The notes under the pieces are model-generated. The model made no database searches, had not been told where the DNA came from, and saw nothing but the letters and a program-made list of their open reading frames with translations. Shown piece after piece: positions 42,601 through 57,300 of a stretch of 64,000 bases of DNA. Positions within the stretch are counted from its first letter, which is position 1. The number at the start of each line of letters is the position of its first letter. Made by a program: the position numbers and the translations under genes. The stretch covers positions 341,806,001 to 341,870,000 of the forward strand of contig OZ024742.1 in NCBI GenBank assembly GCA_964016885.1, given 5' to 3'. The stretch is from Eledone cirrhosa. Its lineage: Eukaryota.

Positions 42601-44221
42601 TATAATATTTAGTAAAACCCTGTTTCACTATACACGGTACACCAGTCTTCTATGGAGAGTGTTAACTTCATTACAATATTTATTAAAACCCTGTTTCACT
42701 CTACACGGTACATCAGTGCTCTATCGAGAGTATTAGCTTCATAGCAATATTTATTAAAACCCTGTTTCACTCTACACGGTACACCAGTGTTCTATCGAGA
42801 GTGCTAGCTTCATTACAATATTTATTAAAACCCTGTTTCACTCTACACGGTACATCAGTCTTCTATCGAGAGTGTTAGCTTCATTACAATATTTAGTAAG
42901 AACCTGTTTCACTCTACACGGTACACCAGTCTTCTATGGGGAGTGTTAACTTCATTACAATATTTATTAAAACCCTGTTTCACTCTACACGGTACACCAG
43001 TGCTCTATCGTGAGTGTTAGCTTCATTACAATATTTAGTAAAACCTTGTTTCACTCTACACGGTACATCAGTGTTCTATCGAGAGTGTTAGCTTCATTAC
43101 AATATTTAGTAAAACCCTGTTTCACTCTACACGGTACATCAGTGTTCTATCGAGAGTGTTAGCTTCATTACAATATTTAGTAAAACCCTGTTTCACACTA
43201 TACGGTACATCAGTGTTCTATCGAGAGTGTTAACTTCATTACAATATTTAGTAAAACCCTGTTTCACTCTACACGGTACATTAGTACTCTATCGAGAGTG
43301 TTAGCTTTATAACAATATTTATTAAAACCCTGTTTCACTCTACACGGTACATCAGTGTTCTATCGAGAGTGTTAGCTTCATTACAATATTTAGTAAAACC
43401 CTGTTTCACGCTACACGGTACATCAGTGTTCTATCGGGAGTGTTAGCTTCATTACAATATTTAGTAAAACCCTGTACCACGCTACACGGTACATCAGTGT
43501 TCTATCGGAAGTGTTAGCTTCATTACAATATTTAGTAAAACCCTGTTTCACGCTACACGGTACATCAGTGCTCTATCGAGAGTATTAGCTTCATTACAAT
43601 ATTTAGTAAAACTCTGTTTCACTCTATACGGTACATCAGTGTTCTATCGAGAGTGTTAGCTTCATTACAATATTTAGTAAAACCTTGTTTCACTCTACAC
43701 GGTACATTCGTACTCTATCGAGAGTATTAGCTTTATAACAATATTTATTAAAACCCTGTTTCAATCTACACGGTACATCAGTGCTCTATCGATAGTGTTA
43801 GCTTCATTACAATATTCATTAAAACCCTGTTTCACTCTACACGGTACATCAGTGCTCTATCGAGAGTGTTAGCTTTATAACAATATTTATTAAAACCCTG
43901 TTTCACTCTACACGGTACATCAGTGCTCTATCGAGAGCGTTAGCTTCTTTACAATATTTATTAAAACCCTGTTTCACTCTACACGGTACATCAGTGTTCT
44001 ATCGAGTGTGTTAGCTTCATTACAGTATTTAGTAAAACCCTGTTTCACTCTACTCGATACATCAGTGTTCTATCGAGAGTGTAGCTTCATTACAATATTT
44101 ATTAAAACCCTGTTTCACTCTACACGGTATATCAGTGCTCTATTGAGAGTGTTAGCTTCATTACAATTTTTATTAAAACCCTGTTTCAAGCTACACGGTT
44201 CATCAGTGTTCTGTCGGGAGT

Positions 44222-46650
44222 GTTAGCTTCATTACAATATTTAGTAAAACTCTGTTTCACTCTACACTGTACATCAGTGTTCTATCGGGAGTGTTAGCTT
44301 CATTACGATATTTAGTAAAATCCTGTTTCACTCTACACGGTACATCAGTGTTCTATCGAGAGCGTTAACTTCATTACAATATTTATTAACACACTGTTTC
44401 ACGCTACACGGTACATCAGTGCTCTATCGAGAGTGTTAGCTTCATTACAATATTTATTAAAACCCTGTTTCACTCTACACGGTACATCAGTGTTCTATCG
44501 AGAGTGTTAGCTTTATAACAATATTTATTAAAAACCTGTTTCACTCTACGCGGTACATCGGTGCTCTATCGGGAGTGTTAGCTTCATTACAATATTTAGT
44601 AAAACCCTGTTTCACTCTACACGGTACACCAGTCTTCTATGGCGAGTGTTAACATCATTACACTATTTATTAAAACCCTGTTTCACTCTACACGGAACAT
44701 CCATGTTCTATCGAGAGTGTTAGCTTCATTACAATATTTAGTAAAACTCTGTTTCACTCTATACGGTACATCAGTGTTCTATCGAGAGTGTTAGCTTCAT
44801 TACAATATTCATTAAATCCCTGTTTCACTCTACACGGTACATCAGTACTCTATCGAGAGTGTTAGCTTTATAACAATATTTATTAAAACCCTGTTTCACT
44901 CTACACGCTACATCAGTGCTCTATCGAGAGCGTTAGCTTCTTTACAATATTTATTAAAACCCTGTTTCACTCTACACGGTACATCAGTGTTCTATCGAGA
45001 GTGTTAGCTTCATTACAATATTTAGTAAAACCCTGTTTCACTCTACACTATACATCAGTGCTCTATCGAGTGTGTAGCTTCATTACAATATTTATTAAAA
45101 CCCTGTTTTACGCTACACGGTACATCAGTGCTCTATCGAGAGTGTTATCTTCATTACAATATTTATTAAAACCCTGTTTCAATCTACACGGTACGTCAGT
45201 GTTCTATCGGGAGTGTTAGCTTCATTACAATATTGAGTAAAACGCTGTTTCACTCTACACGGTACATCAGTGTTCTATCGAGAGTGTTAGCTTCATTACA
45301 ATATTTATTAAAACCCTGTTTCACTCTACACGGTACATCAGTGTTCTATCGAGAGTGTTAGCTTTATAACAATATTTATTAAAAGCCTGTTTCACTCTAC
45401 GCGGTACATCAGTGCTCTATCGAGAGTGTTAGCTTCATTACAATATTTAGTAAAACTCTGTTTCACTCTACACTGTACATCAGTGTTCTATCGGGAGTGT
45501 TAGCTTCATTACGATATTTAGTAAAATCCTGTTTCACTCTACACGGTACATCAGTGTTCTATCGAGAGCGTTAACTTCATTACAATATTTATTAACACAC
45601 TGTTTCACGCTACACGGTACATCAGTGCTCTATCGAGAGTGTTAGCTTCATTACAATATTTATTAAAACCCTGTTTCACTCTACACGGTACATCAGTGTT
45701 CTATCGAGAGTGTTAGCTTTATAACAATATTTATTAAAAACCTGTTTCACTCTACGCGGTACATCGGTGCTCTATCGGGAGTGTTAGCTTCATTACAATA
45801 TTTAGTAAAACCCTGTTTCACTCTACACGGTACACCAGTCTTCTATGGCGAGTGTTAACATCATTACACTATTTATTAAAACCCTGTTTCACTCTACACG
45901 GAACATCCATGTTCTATCGAGAGTGTTAGCTTCATTACAATATTTAGTAAAACTCTGTTTCACTCTATACGGTACATCAGTGTTCTATCGAGAGTGTTAG
46001 CTTCATTACAATATTCATTAAATCCCTGTTTCACTCTACACGGTACATCAGTACTCTATCGAGAGTGTTAGCTTTATAACAATATTTATTAAAACCCTGT
46101 TTCACTCTACACGCTACATCAGTGCTCTATCGAGAGCGTTAGCTTCTTTACAATATTTATTAAAACCCTGTTTCACTCTACACGGTACATCAGTGTTCTA
46201 TCGAGAGTGTTAGCTTCATTACAATATTTAGTAAAACCCTGTTTCACTCTACACTATACATCAGTGCTCTATCGAGTGTGTAGCTTCATTACAATATTTA
46301 TTAAAACCCTGTTTTACCCTACACGGTACATCAGTGCTCTATCGAGAGTGTTATCTTCATTACAATATTTATTAAAACCCTGTTTCAATCTACACGGTAC
46401 GTCAGTGTTCTATCGGGAGTGTTAGCTTCATTACAATATTGAGTAAAACGCTGTTTCACTCTACACGGTACATCAGTGTTCTATCGAGAGTGTTAGCTTC
46501 ATTACAATATTTATTAAAACCCTGTTTCACTCTACACGGTACATCAGTGTTCTATCGAGAGTGTTAGCTTTATAACAATATTTATTAAAAGCCTGTTTCA
46601 CTCTACGCGGTACATCAGTGCTCTATCGAGAGTGTTAGCTTCATTACAAT
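44222..46650 (+). repeat. Tandem duplication of a 1206-bp (17-monomer) block
   Basis: TCTGTTTCACTCTACACTGT is at 44251 and 45457, AAAAGCCTG...TACGCGG at 45381 and 46587, and ORFs start at 45001 and 46207. The offset 1206 = 17x71-1. Confidence 0.9.
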
Positions 46651-49600
46651 ATTTAGTAAAACCCTGTTTGACTCTACACGGTAGATCAGTGTTCTATCGA
46701 GAGTTTTAGCTTCATTACAATATTTAGTAAGAACCTGTTTCACCCTACACGGTACACCAGTCTTCTATGGGGAGTGTTAACTTCATTACAATATTTATTA
46801 AAACCCTATTTCAATCTACACGGTACATCAGTGTTCTATCGAGAGTGTTAGCTTCATTATAATATTTAGTAAAACCCTGTTTCACAATACACGGTATGCC
46901 AGTCTTTTATGGAGAGTGTTAACTTCATTACAATATTTATTAAAACCCTGTTTCACTCTACACGGTACATCAGTGCTCTATCGAGAGTGTTAGCTTCATT
47001 GCAATATTTATTAAAACCATGTTTCACTCTACACGGTACACCAGTGTTCTATCGAGAGTATTAGCTTCATTACAATATTTATTAAAACCCTGTTTCACTC
47101 TACACGGTACATCAGTGTTCTATCGAGAGTGTTAGCTTCATTACAATATTTAGTAAGACCCTGTTTCACTCTACACGGTACACCAGTCTTCTATGGGGAG
47201 TGTTAACTTCATTACAATATTTATTAAAACCCTGTTTCACTCTACACGGTATATCAGTGTTCTATCGGGAGTGTTAGCTTCATTACAATATTTAGTAAAA
47301 CCCTGTTTCACTCTACACGGTACATCAGTGTTCTATCGAGAGTGTTAGCTTCATTACAATATTTAGTAAAACCCTGTTTCACTCTACACGGTACATTAGT
47401 ACTCTATCGAGAGTGTTAGCTTTATAACAATGTTTATTAAAACCCTGTTTCACTCTACACGGTACATCAGTGCTCTATCGAGAGTGTTAGCTTTATAACA
47501 ATATTTATTAAAACCCTGTTTCACTCTACACGGTACATCAGTGTTCTATCGAGAGTGTTAGCTTCATTACAGTATTTAGTAAAAACTGTTTCACTCTACA
47601 CGGTACATCAGTGTTCTATCGAGAGTGTTAGCTTCATTACAATATTCATTAAAACCCTGTTTCACTCTACACGGTACATCAGTGCTCTATCGAGAGTGTT
47701 AGCTTTATAACAATATTTATTAAAACCCTGTTTCACTCTACACGGTACATCAGTGCTCTATCGAGAGCGTTAGCTTCTTTACAATATTTATTAAAACCCT
47801 GTTTCACTCTACACGGTACATCAGTGTTCTATCGAGAGTGTTAGCTTCATTACAATATTTAGTAAAACCCTGTTTCACTCTACACGATACATCAGTGCTC
47901 TATCGAGAGTGTAGCTTCGTTACAATATTTATTAAAACCCTGTTTTACACTACACGGTACATCAGTGCTCTATCGAGAGTGTTATCTTCATTATAATATT
48001 TATTAAAACCCTGTTTCAATCTACACGGTACATCAGAGTTCTATCGGGAGTGTTAGCTTCATTACAATATTTAGTAAAACGCTGTTTCACTCTACACGGT
48101 ACACCAGTCTTCTATGGGGAGTGTTAACTTCATTACAATATTTATTAAAATCCTGTTTCACTCTACACGGTACATCAGTGTTCTATCGAGAGTGTTAGCT
48201 TCATTATAATATTTAGTAAAACCCTGTTTCACTATACACGGTACACCAATCTTCTATGGAGTGTGTTAACTTCATTACAATATTTATTAAAACCCTGTTT
48301 CACTCTACACGGTACATCAGTGCTCTATCGAGAGTGTTAGCTTCATAGCAATATTTATTAAAACCCTGTTTCACTCTACACGGTACACCAGTGTTCTATC
48401 GAGAGTGTTAGCTTCATTACAATATTTATTAAAACCCTGTTTCACTCTACACGGTACATCAGTGTTCTATCGAGAGTGTTAGCTTCATTACAATATTTAG
48501 TAAGAACCAGTTTCACTCTACACGGTACACCAGTCTTTTATGGGGAGTGTTAACTTCATTACAATATTTATTAAAACCCTGTTTCACTCTACACGGTACA
48601 CCAGTGCTCTATCGTGAGTGTTAGCTTCATTACAATATTTAGTAAAACCTTGTTTCATTCTACACGGTACATCAGTGTTCTATCGAGTGTGTTAGCTTCA
48701 TTACAATATTTAGTAAAACCCTGTTTCACTCTACACGGTACATCAGTGTTCTATCGAGAGTGTTAGCTTCATTACAATATTTAGTAAAATCCTGTTTCAC
48801 ACTATACTGTACATCAGTGTTCTATCGAGAGTGTTAACTTCATTACAATATTTAGTAAAACCCTGTACCACGCTACACGGTACATCAGTGTTCTATCGGA
48901 AGTGTTAGCTTCATTACAATATTTAGTAAAACCCTGTTTCACGCTACACGGTACATCAGTGCTCTATCGAGAGTGTTAGCTTCATTACAATATTTAGTAA
49001 AACTCTGTTTCACTCTATACGGTACATCAGTGTTCTATCGAGAGTGTTAGCTTCATTACAATATTTAGTAAAACCTTGTTTCACTCTACACGGTACATTA
49101 GTACTCTATCGAGAGTATTAGCTTTATAACAATATTTATTAAAACCCTGTTTCAATCTACACGGTACATCAGTGCTCTATCGATAGTGTTAGCTTCATTA
49201 CAATATTCATTAAAACCCTGTTTCACTCTACACGGTACATCAGTGCTCTATCGAGAGTGTTAGCTTTATAACAATATTTATTAAAACCCTGTTTCACTCT
49301 ACACGGTACATCAGTGCTCTATCGAGAGCGTTAGCTTCTTTACAATATTTATTAAAACCCTGTTTCACTCTACACGGTACATCAGTGTTCTATCGAGAGT
49401 GTTAGCTTCATTACAGTATTTAGTAAAACCCTGTTTCACTCTACTCGATACATCAGTGTTCTATCGAGAGTGTAGCTTCATTACAATATTTATTAAAACC
49501 CTGTTTCACTCTACACGGTACATCAGTGCTCTATTGAGAGTGTTAGCTTCATTACAATTTTTATTAAAACCCTGTTTCAAGCTACACGGTTCATCAGTGT

Positions 49601-50789
49601 TCTGTCGGGAGTGTTAGCTTCATTACAATATTTAGTAAAACTCTGTTTCACTCTACACGGTACATCAGTGTTCTATCGGGAGTGTTAGCTTCATTACGAT
49701 ATTTAGTAAAATCCTGTTTCACTCTACACGGTACATCAGTGTTCTATCGAGAGTGTTAACTTCATTACAATATTTATTAACACACTGTTTCACGCTACAC
49801 GGTACATCAGTGCTCTATCGAGAGTGTTAGCTTCATTACAATATTTATTAAAACCCTGTTTCACTCTACACGGTACATCAGTGTTCTATCGAGAGTGTTA
49901 GCTTTATAACAATATTTATTAAAAACCTGTTTCACTCTACGCGGTACATCGGTGCTCTATCGGGAGTGTTAGCTTCATTACAATATGTAGTAAAACCCTG
50001 TTTCACTCTGCAGGGTACACCAGTCTTCTATGGCGAGTGTTAACATCATTACACTATTTATTAAAACCCTGTTTCACTCTACACGGAACATCCATGTTCT
50101 ATCGAGAGTGTTAGCTTCATTACAATATTTAGTAAAACACTGTTTCACACTATACGGTACATCAGTGTTCTATCGAGAGTTTTAGCTTCATTACAATATT
50201 TAGTAAAACCTTGTTTCACTCTACACGGTACGTTAGTACTCTATCGAGAGTATTAGCTTTATAACAATATTTATTAAAACCCTGTTTCAATCTACACGGT
50301 ACATCAGTGCTCTATCGAGAGTGTTAGCTTTATAACAATATTTATTAAAAACCTGTTTCACTCTACACGGTACATCAGTGTTCTATCGAGAGTGTTAGCT
50401 TCATTACAGTATTTAGTAAAACCCTGTTTCACTCTACACGGTACATCAGTGTTCTATCGAGAGTGTTAGCTTCATTACAATATTCATTAAATCCCTGTTT
50501 CACTCTACACGGTACATCAGTACTCTATCGAGAGTGTTAGCTTTATAACAATATTTATTAAAACCCTGTTTCACTCTACACGCTACATCAGTGCTCTATC
50601 GAGAGCGTTAGCTGCTTTACAATATTTATTAAAACCCTGTTTCACTCTACACGGTACATCAGGGTTCTATCGAGAGTGTTAGCTTCATTACAATATTTAG
50701 TAAAACCCTGTTTCACTCTACACTATACATCAGTGCTCTATCGAGTGTGTAGCTTCATTACAATATTTATTAAAACCCTGTTTTACTCT

Positions 50790-53427
50790 ACACGGTACAT
50801 CAGTGCTCTATCGAGAGTGTTATCTTCATTGCAATATTTATTAAAACCCTGTTTCAATCTACACGGTACGTCAGTGTTCTATCGGGAGTGTTAGCTTCAT
50901 TACAATATTGAGTAAAACGCTGTTTCACTCTACACGGTACATCAGTGTTCTATCGAGAGTGTTAGCTTCATTACAATATTTATTAAAACCCTGTTTCACT
51001 CTACACGGTACATCAGTGTTCTATCGAGAGTGTTAGTTTGATTACAATATTTATTAAAATGCTGTTTCACTCTACACGGTACATCAGTGTTCTATCGAGT
51101 GTGTTAGCTTCATTACAATATTTAGTAAAACCCTGTTTCACGCTACACGGTACATCAGTGTTCTATCGGGAGTGTTAGCTTCATTACAATATTTAGTAAA
51201 ACGCTGTTTCACTCTACACGGTACACCAGTCTTCTATGGGGAGTGTTAACTTCATTACAATATTTATTAAAACCCTGTTTCACTCTACACGGTACATCAG
51301 TGTTCTATCGAGAGTGTTAGCTTCATTATAATATTTAGTAAAACCCTGTTTCACTATACACGGTACACCAATCTTCTATTGAGTGTGTTAACTTCATTAC
51401 AATATTTATTAAAACCCTGTTTCACTCTACACGGTACATCAGTGCTCTATCGAGAGTGTTAGCATCATAGCAATATTTATTAAAACCCTGTTTCACTCTA
51501 CACGGTACACCAGTGTTCTATCGAGAGTGTTAGCTTCATTACAATATTTATTAAAACCCTGTTTCACTCTACACGGTACATCAGTGTTCTATCGAGAGTG
51601 TTAGCTTCATTACAATATTTAGTAAGAACCTGTTTCACTCTACACGGTACACCAGTCTTCTATGGGGAGTGTTAACTTCATTACAATATTTATTAAAACC
51701 CTGTTTCACTCTACACGGTACACCAGTGCTCTATCGTGAGTGTTAGCTTCATTACAATATTTAGTAAAACCTTGTTTCACTCTACACGGTACATCAGTGT
51801 TCTATCGAGAGTGTTAGCTTCATTACAATATTTAGTAAAACCCTGTTTCACTCTACACGGTACATCAGTGTTCTATCGAGAGTGTTAGCTTCATTACAAT
51901 ATTTAGTAAAACCCTGTTTCACACTATACGGTACATCAGTGTTCTATCGAGAGTGTTAACTTCATTACAATATTTAGTAAAACCCTGTACCACGCTACAC
52001 GGTACATCAGTGTTCTATCGGAAGTGTTAGCTTCATTACAATATTTAGTAAAACCCTGTTTCACGCTACACGGTACATCAGTGCTCTATCGAGAGTGTTA
52101 GCTTCATTACAATATTTAGTAAAACTCTGTTTCACTCTATACGGTACATCAGTGTTCTATCGAGAGTGTTAGCTTCATTACAATATTTAGTAAAACCCTG
52201 TTTCACGCTACACGGTACATCAGTGCTCTATCGAGAGTGTTATCTTCATTGCAATATTTATTAAAACCCTGTTTCAATCTACACGGTACGTCAGTGTTCT
52301 ATCGGGAGTGTTAGCTTCATTACAATATTGAGTAAAACGCTGTTTCACTCTACACGGTACATCAGTGTTCTATCGAGAGTGTTAGCTTCATTACAATATT
52401 TATTAAAACCCTGTTTCACTCTACACGGTACATCAGTGTTCTATCGAGAGTGTTAGTTTGATTACAATATTTATTAAAATGCTGTTTCACTCTACACGGT
52501 ACATCAGTGTTCTATCGAGAGTGTTAGCTTCATTACAATATTTAGTAAAACCCTGTTTCACGCTACACGGTACATCAGTGTTCTATCGGGAGTGTTAGCT
52601 TCATTACAATATTTAGTAAAACGCTGTTTCACTCTACACGGTACACCAGTCTTCTATGGGGAGTGTTAACTTCATTACAATATTTATTAAAACCATGTTT
52701 CACTCTACACGGTACATCAGTGTTCTATCGAGAGTGTTAGCTTCATTATAATATTTAGTAAAACCCTGTTTCACTATACACGGTACGCCAATCTTCTATT
52801 GAGTGTGTTAACTTCATTACAATATTTATTAAAACCCTGTTTCACTCTACACGGTACATCAGTGCTCTATCGAGAGTGTTAGCTTCATAGCAATATTTAT
52901 TAAAACCCTGTTTCACTCTACACGGTACACCAGTGTTCTATCGAGAGTGTTAGCTTCATTACAATATTTATTAAAACCCTGTTTCACTCTACACGGTACA
53001 TCAGTGTTCTATCGAGAGTGTTAGCTTCATTACAATATTTAGTAAGAACCTGTTTCACTCTACACGGTACACCAGTCTTCTATGGGGAGTGTTAACTTCA
53101 TTACAATATTTATTAAAACCCTGTTTCACTCTACACGGTACACCAGTGCTCTATCGTGAGTGTTAGCTTCATTACAATATTTAGTAAAACCTTGTTTCAC
53201 TCTACACGGTACATCAGTGTTCTATCGAGAGTGTTAGCTTCATTACAATATTTAGTAAAACCCTGTTTCACTCTACACGGTACATCAGTGTTCTATCGAG
53301 AGTGTTAGCTTCATTACAATATTTAGTAAAACCCTGTTTCACGCTATACGGTACATCAGTGTTCTATCGAGAGTGTTAACTTCATTACAATATTTAGTAA
53401 AACCCTGTACCACGCTACACGGTACAT
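50790..53427 (+). repeat. Duplication at a 1420-bp (20-monomer) offset, second copy truncated
   Basis: TATCTTCATTGCAAT is at 50821 and 52241, TGTTAGTTTGATT at 51031 and 52451, and AACCCTGTACCACG at 51981 and 53401. The copies diverge after about 52007/53427. Confidence 0.87.
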
Positions 53428-54312
53428 TAGTACTCTATCGAGAGTATTAGCTTTATAACAATATTTATTAAAACCCTGTTTCAATCTACACGGTACATCA
53501 GTGCTCTATCGATAGTGTTAGCTTCATTACAATATTCATTAAAACCCTGTTTCACTCTACACGGTACATCAGTGCTCTATCGAGAGTGTTAGCTTTATAA
53601 CAATATTTATTAAAACCCTGTTTCACTCTACACGGTACATCAGTGCTCTATCGAGAGCGTTAGCTTCTTTACAATATTTATTAAAACCCTGTTTCACTCT
53701 ACACGGTACATCAGTGTTCTATCGAGAGTGTTAGCTTCATTACAGTATTTAGTAAAACCCTGTTTCACTCTACTCGATACATCAGTGTTCTATCGAGAGT
53801 GTAGCTTCATTACAATATTTATTAAAACCCTGTTTCACTCTACACGGTACATCAGTGCTCTATTGAGAGTGTTAGCTTCATTACAATTTTTATTAAAACC
53901 CTGTTTCAAGCTACACGGTTCATCAGTGTTCTGTCGGGAGTGTTAGCTTCATTACAATATTTAGTAAAACTCTGTTTCACTCTACACGGTACATCAGTGT
54001 TCTATCGGGAGTGTTAGCTTCATTACGATATTTAGTAAAATCCTGTTTCACTCTACACGGTACATCAGTGTTCTATCGAGAGTGTTAACTTCATTACAAT
54101 ATTTATTAACACACTGTTTCACGCTACACGGTACATCAGTGCTCTATCGAGAGTGTTAGCTTCATTACAATATTTATTAAAACCCTGTTTCACTCTACAC
54201 GGTACATCAGTGTTCTATCGAGAGTGTTAGCTTTATAACAATATTTATTAAAAACCTGTTTCACTCTACGCGGTACATCGGTGCTCTATCGGGAGTGTTA
54301 GCTTCATTACAA

Positions 54313-57300
54313 TATTTAGTAAAACCCTGTTTCACTCTACACGGTACACCAGTCTTCTATGGCGAGTGTTAACATCATTACACTATTTATTAAAACCCTG
54401 TTTCACTCTACACGGAACATCCATGTTCTATCGAGAGTGTTAGCTTCATTACAATATTTAGTAAAACTCTGTTTCACACTATACGGTACATCAGTGTTCT
54501 ATCGAGAGTGTTAGCTTCATTACAATATTTAGTAAAACCTTGTTTCACTCTACACGGTACGTTAGTACTCTATCGAGAGTATTAGCTTTATAACAATATT
54601 TATTAAAACCCTGTTTCACTCTACACTATACATCAGTGCTCTATCGAGTGTGTAGCTTCATTACAATATTTATTAAAACCCTGTTTTACTCTACACGGTA
54701 CATCAGTGCTCTATCGAGAGTGTTATCTTCATTACAATATTTATTAAAACCCTGTTTCAATCTACACGGTACGTCAGTGTTCTATCGGGAGTGTTAGCTT
54801 CATTACAATATTGAGTAAAACGCTGTTTCACTCTACACGGTACATCAGTGTTCTATCGAGAGTGTTAGCTTCATTACAATATTTATTAAAATGCTGTTTC
54901 ACTCTACACGGTACATCAGTGTTCTATCGAGAGTGTTAGCTTCATTACAATATTTATTAAAACCCTGTTTCACTCTACACGGTACATCAGTGTTCTATCG
55001 AGAGTGTTAGCTTCATTACAATATTTATTAAAATGCTGTTTCACTCTACACGGTACATCAGTGTTCTATCGAGAGTGTTAGCTTCATTACAATATTTAGT
55101 AAAACCCTGTTTCACGCTACACGGTACATCAGTGATCTATCGGGAGTGTTAGCTTCATTACAATATTTAGTAAAACCCTGTATCACCCTACACGGTACAT
55201 CAGTGTTCTATAGGGAGTGTTAGCTTCATTACAATATTTAGTAAAACCCTGTTTCACGCTACAGGGTACATCAGTGCTCTATCGAGAGTGTTAGCTTCAT
55301 TACAATATTTAGTAAAACCCTGTTTCACGCTACACGGTACATCACTGTTCTATCGGGAGTGTTAGCTTCATTACAATATTGAGTAAAACGCTGTTTCACT
55401 CTACACGGTACATCAGTGTTCTATCGAGAGTGTTAGCTTCATTACAATATTTATTAAAACCCTGTTTCACTCTACACGGTACATCAGTGTTCTATCGAGA
55501 GTGTTAGCTTCATTACAATATTTATTAAAATGCTGTTTCACTCTACACGGTACATCAGTGTTCTATCGAGAGTGTTAGCTTCATTACAATATTTAGTAAA
55601 ACCCTGTTTCACGCTACACGGTACATCAGTGTTCTATCGGGAGTGTTAGCTTCATTACAATATTTAGTAAAACCCTGTATCACCCTACACGGTACATCAG
55701 TGTTCTATAGGGAGTGTTAGCTTCATTACAATATTTAGTAAAACCCTGTTTCACGCTACAGGGTACATCAGTGCTCTATCGAGAGTGTTAGCTTCATTAC
55801 AATATTTATTAAAACCCTGTTTCACTCTACACGGTACATCACTGTTCTATCGAGAGTTTTAGCTTCATTACAATATTTAGTAAAACCCTGTTTCACTCTA
55901 CACGGTACATCAGTGCTCTATCGAGAGTGTTAGCTTCATTACAATATTCATTAAAACCCTGTTTCACTCTACACGGTACATCAGTGCTCTATCGAGAGTG
56001 TTAGCTTTATAACAATATTTATTAAAACCCTGTTTCACTCTACACGGTACATCAGTGCTCTATCGAGAGCGTTAGCTTCTTTACTATATTTATTAAAACC
56101 CTGTTTCACTCTACACGGTACATCAGTGTTCTATCGAGAGTGTTAGCTTCATTACAATATTTAGTAAAACCCTGTTTCACTCTACACGGTACATCAGTGC
56201 TCTATTGAGAGTGTTAGCTTCATTACAATTTTTATTAAAACCCTGTTTCAAGCTACACGGTTCATCAGTGTTCTGTCGGGAGTGTTAGCTTCATTACAAT
56301 ATTTAGTAAAACACTGTTTCACTCTACACGGTACATCAGTGTTCTATCGGGAGTGTTAGCTTCATTACGATATTTAGTAAAAACCTGTTTCACTCTACAC
56401 GGTACATCAGTGTTCTATCGAGAGTGTTAACTTCATTACAATATTTATTAACACCCTGTTTCACGCTACACGGTACATCAGTGCTCTATCGAGAGTGTTA
56501 GCTTCATAGCAATATTTATTAAAACCCTGTTTCACTCTACACGGTACACCAGTGTTCTATCGAGAGTGTTAGCTTCATTACAATATTTATTAAAACCCTG
56601 TTTCACTCTACACGGTACATCAGTGTTCTATCGAGAGTGTTTGCTTTATAACAATATTTATTAAAACCCTGTTTCACTCTACGCGGTACATCGGTGCTCT
56701 ATCGGGAGTGTTAGCTTCATTACAATATTTAGTAAAACCCTGTTTCACTCTACACGGTACACCAGTCTTCTATGGGGAGTGTTAACATCATTACAATATT
56801 TATTAAAACCCTGTTTCACTCTACACGGTACATCAGTGTTCTATCGAGAGTGTTAGCTTCATTACAATATTTAGTAAAACCCTGTTTCACTCTATACGGT
56901 ACATCAGTGTTCTATCGAGAGTGTTAGCTTCATTACAGTATTTAGTAAAACCCTGTTTCACTCTACACGGTACATCAGTGCTCTATCGAGAGTGTTAGCT
57001 TTATAACAATATTTATTAAAAACCTGTTTCACTCTACACGGTACATCAGTGTTCTATCGAGAGTGTTAGCTTCATTACAGTATTTAGTAAAACCCTGTTT
57101 CACTCTACACGGTACATCAGTGTTCTATCGAGAGTGTTAGCTTCATTACAATATTCATTAAAACCCTGTTTCACTCTACACGGTACATCAGTGCTCTATC
57201 GAGAGTGTTAGCTTTATAACAATATTTATTAAAACCCTGTTTCACTCTACACAGTACATCAGTGCTCTATCGAGAGCGTTAGCTTCTTTACAATATTTAT

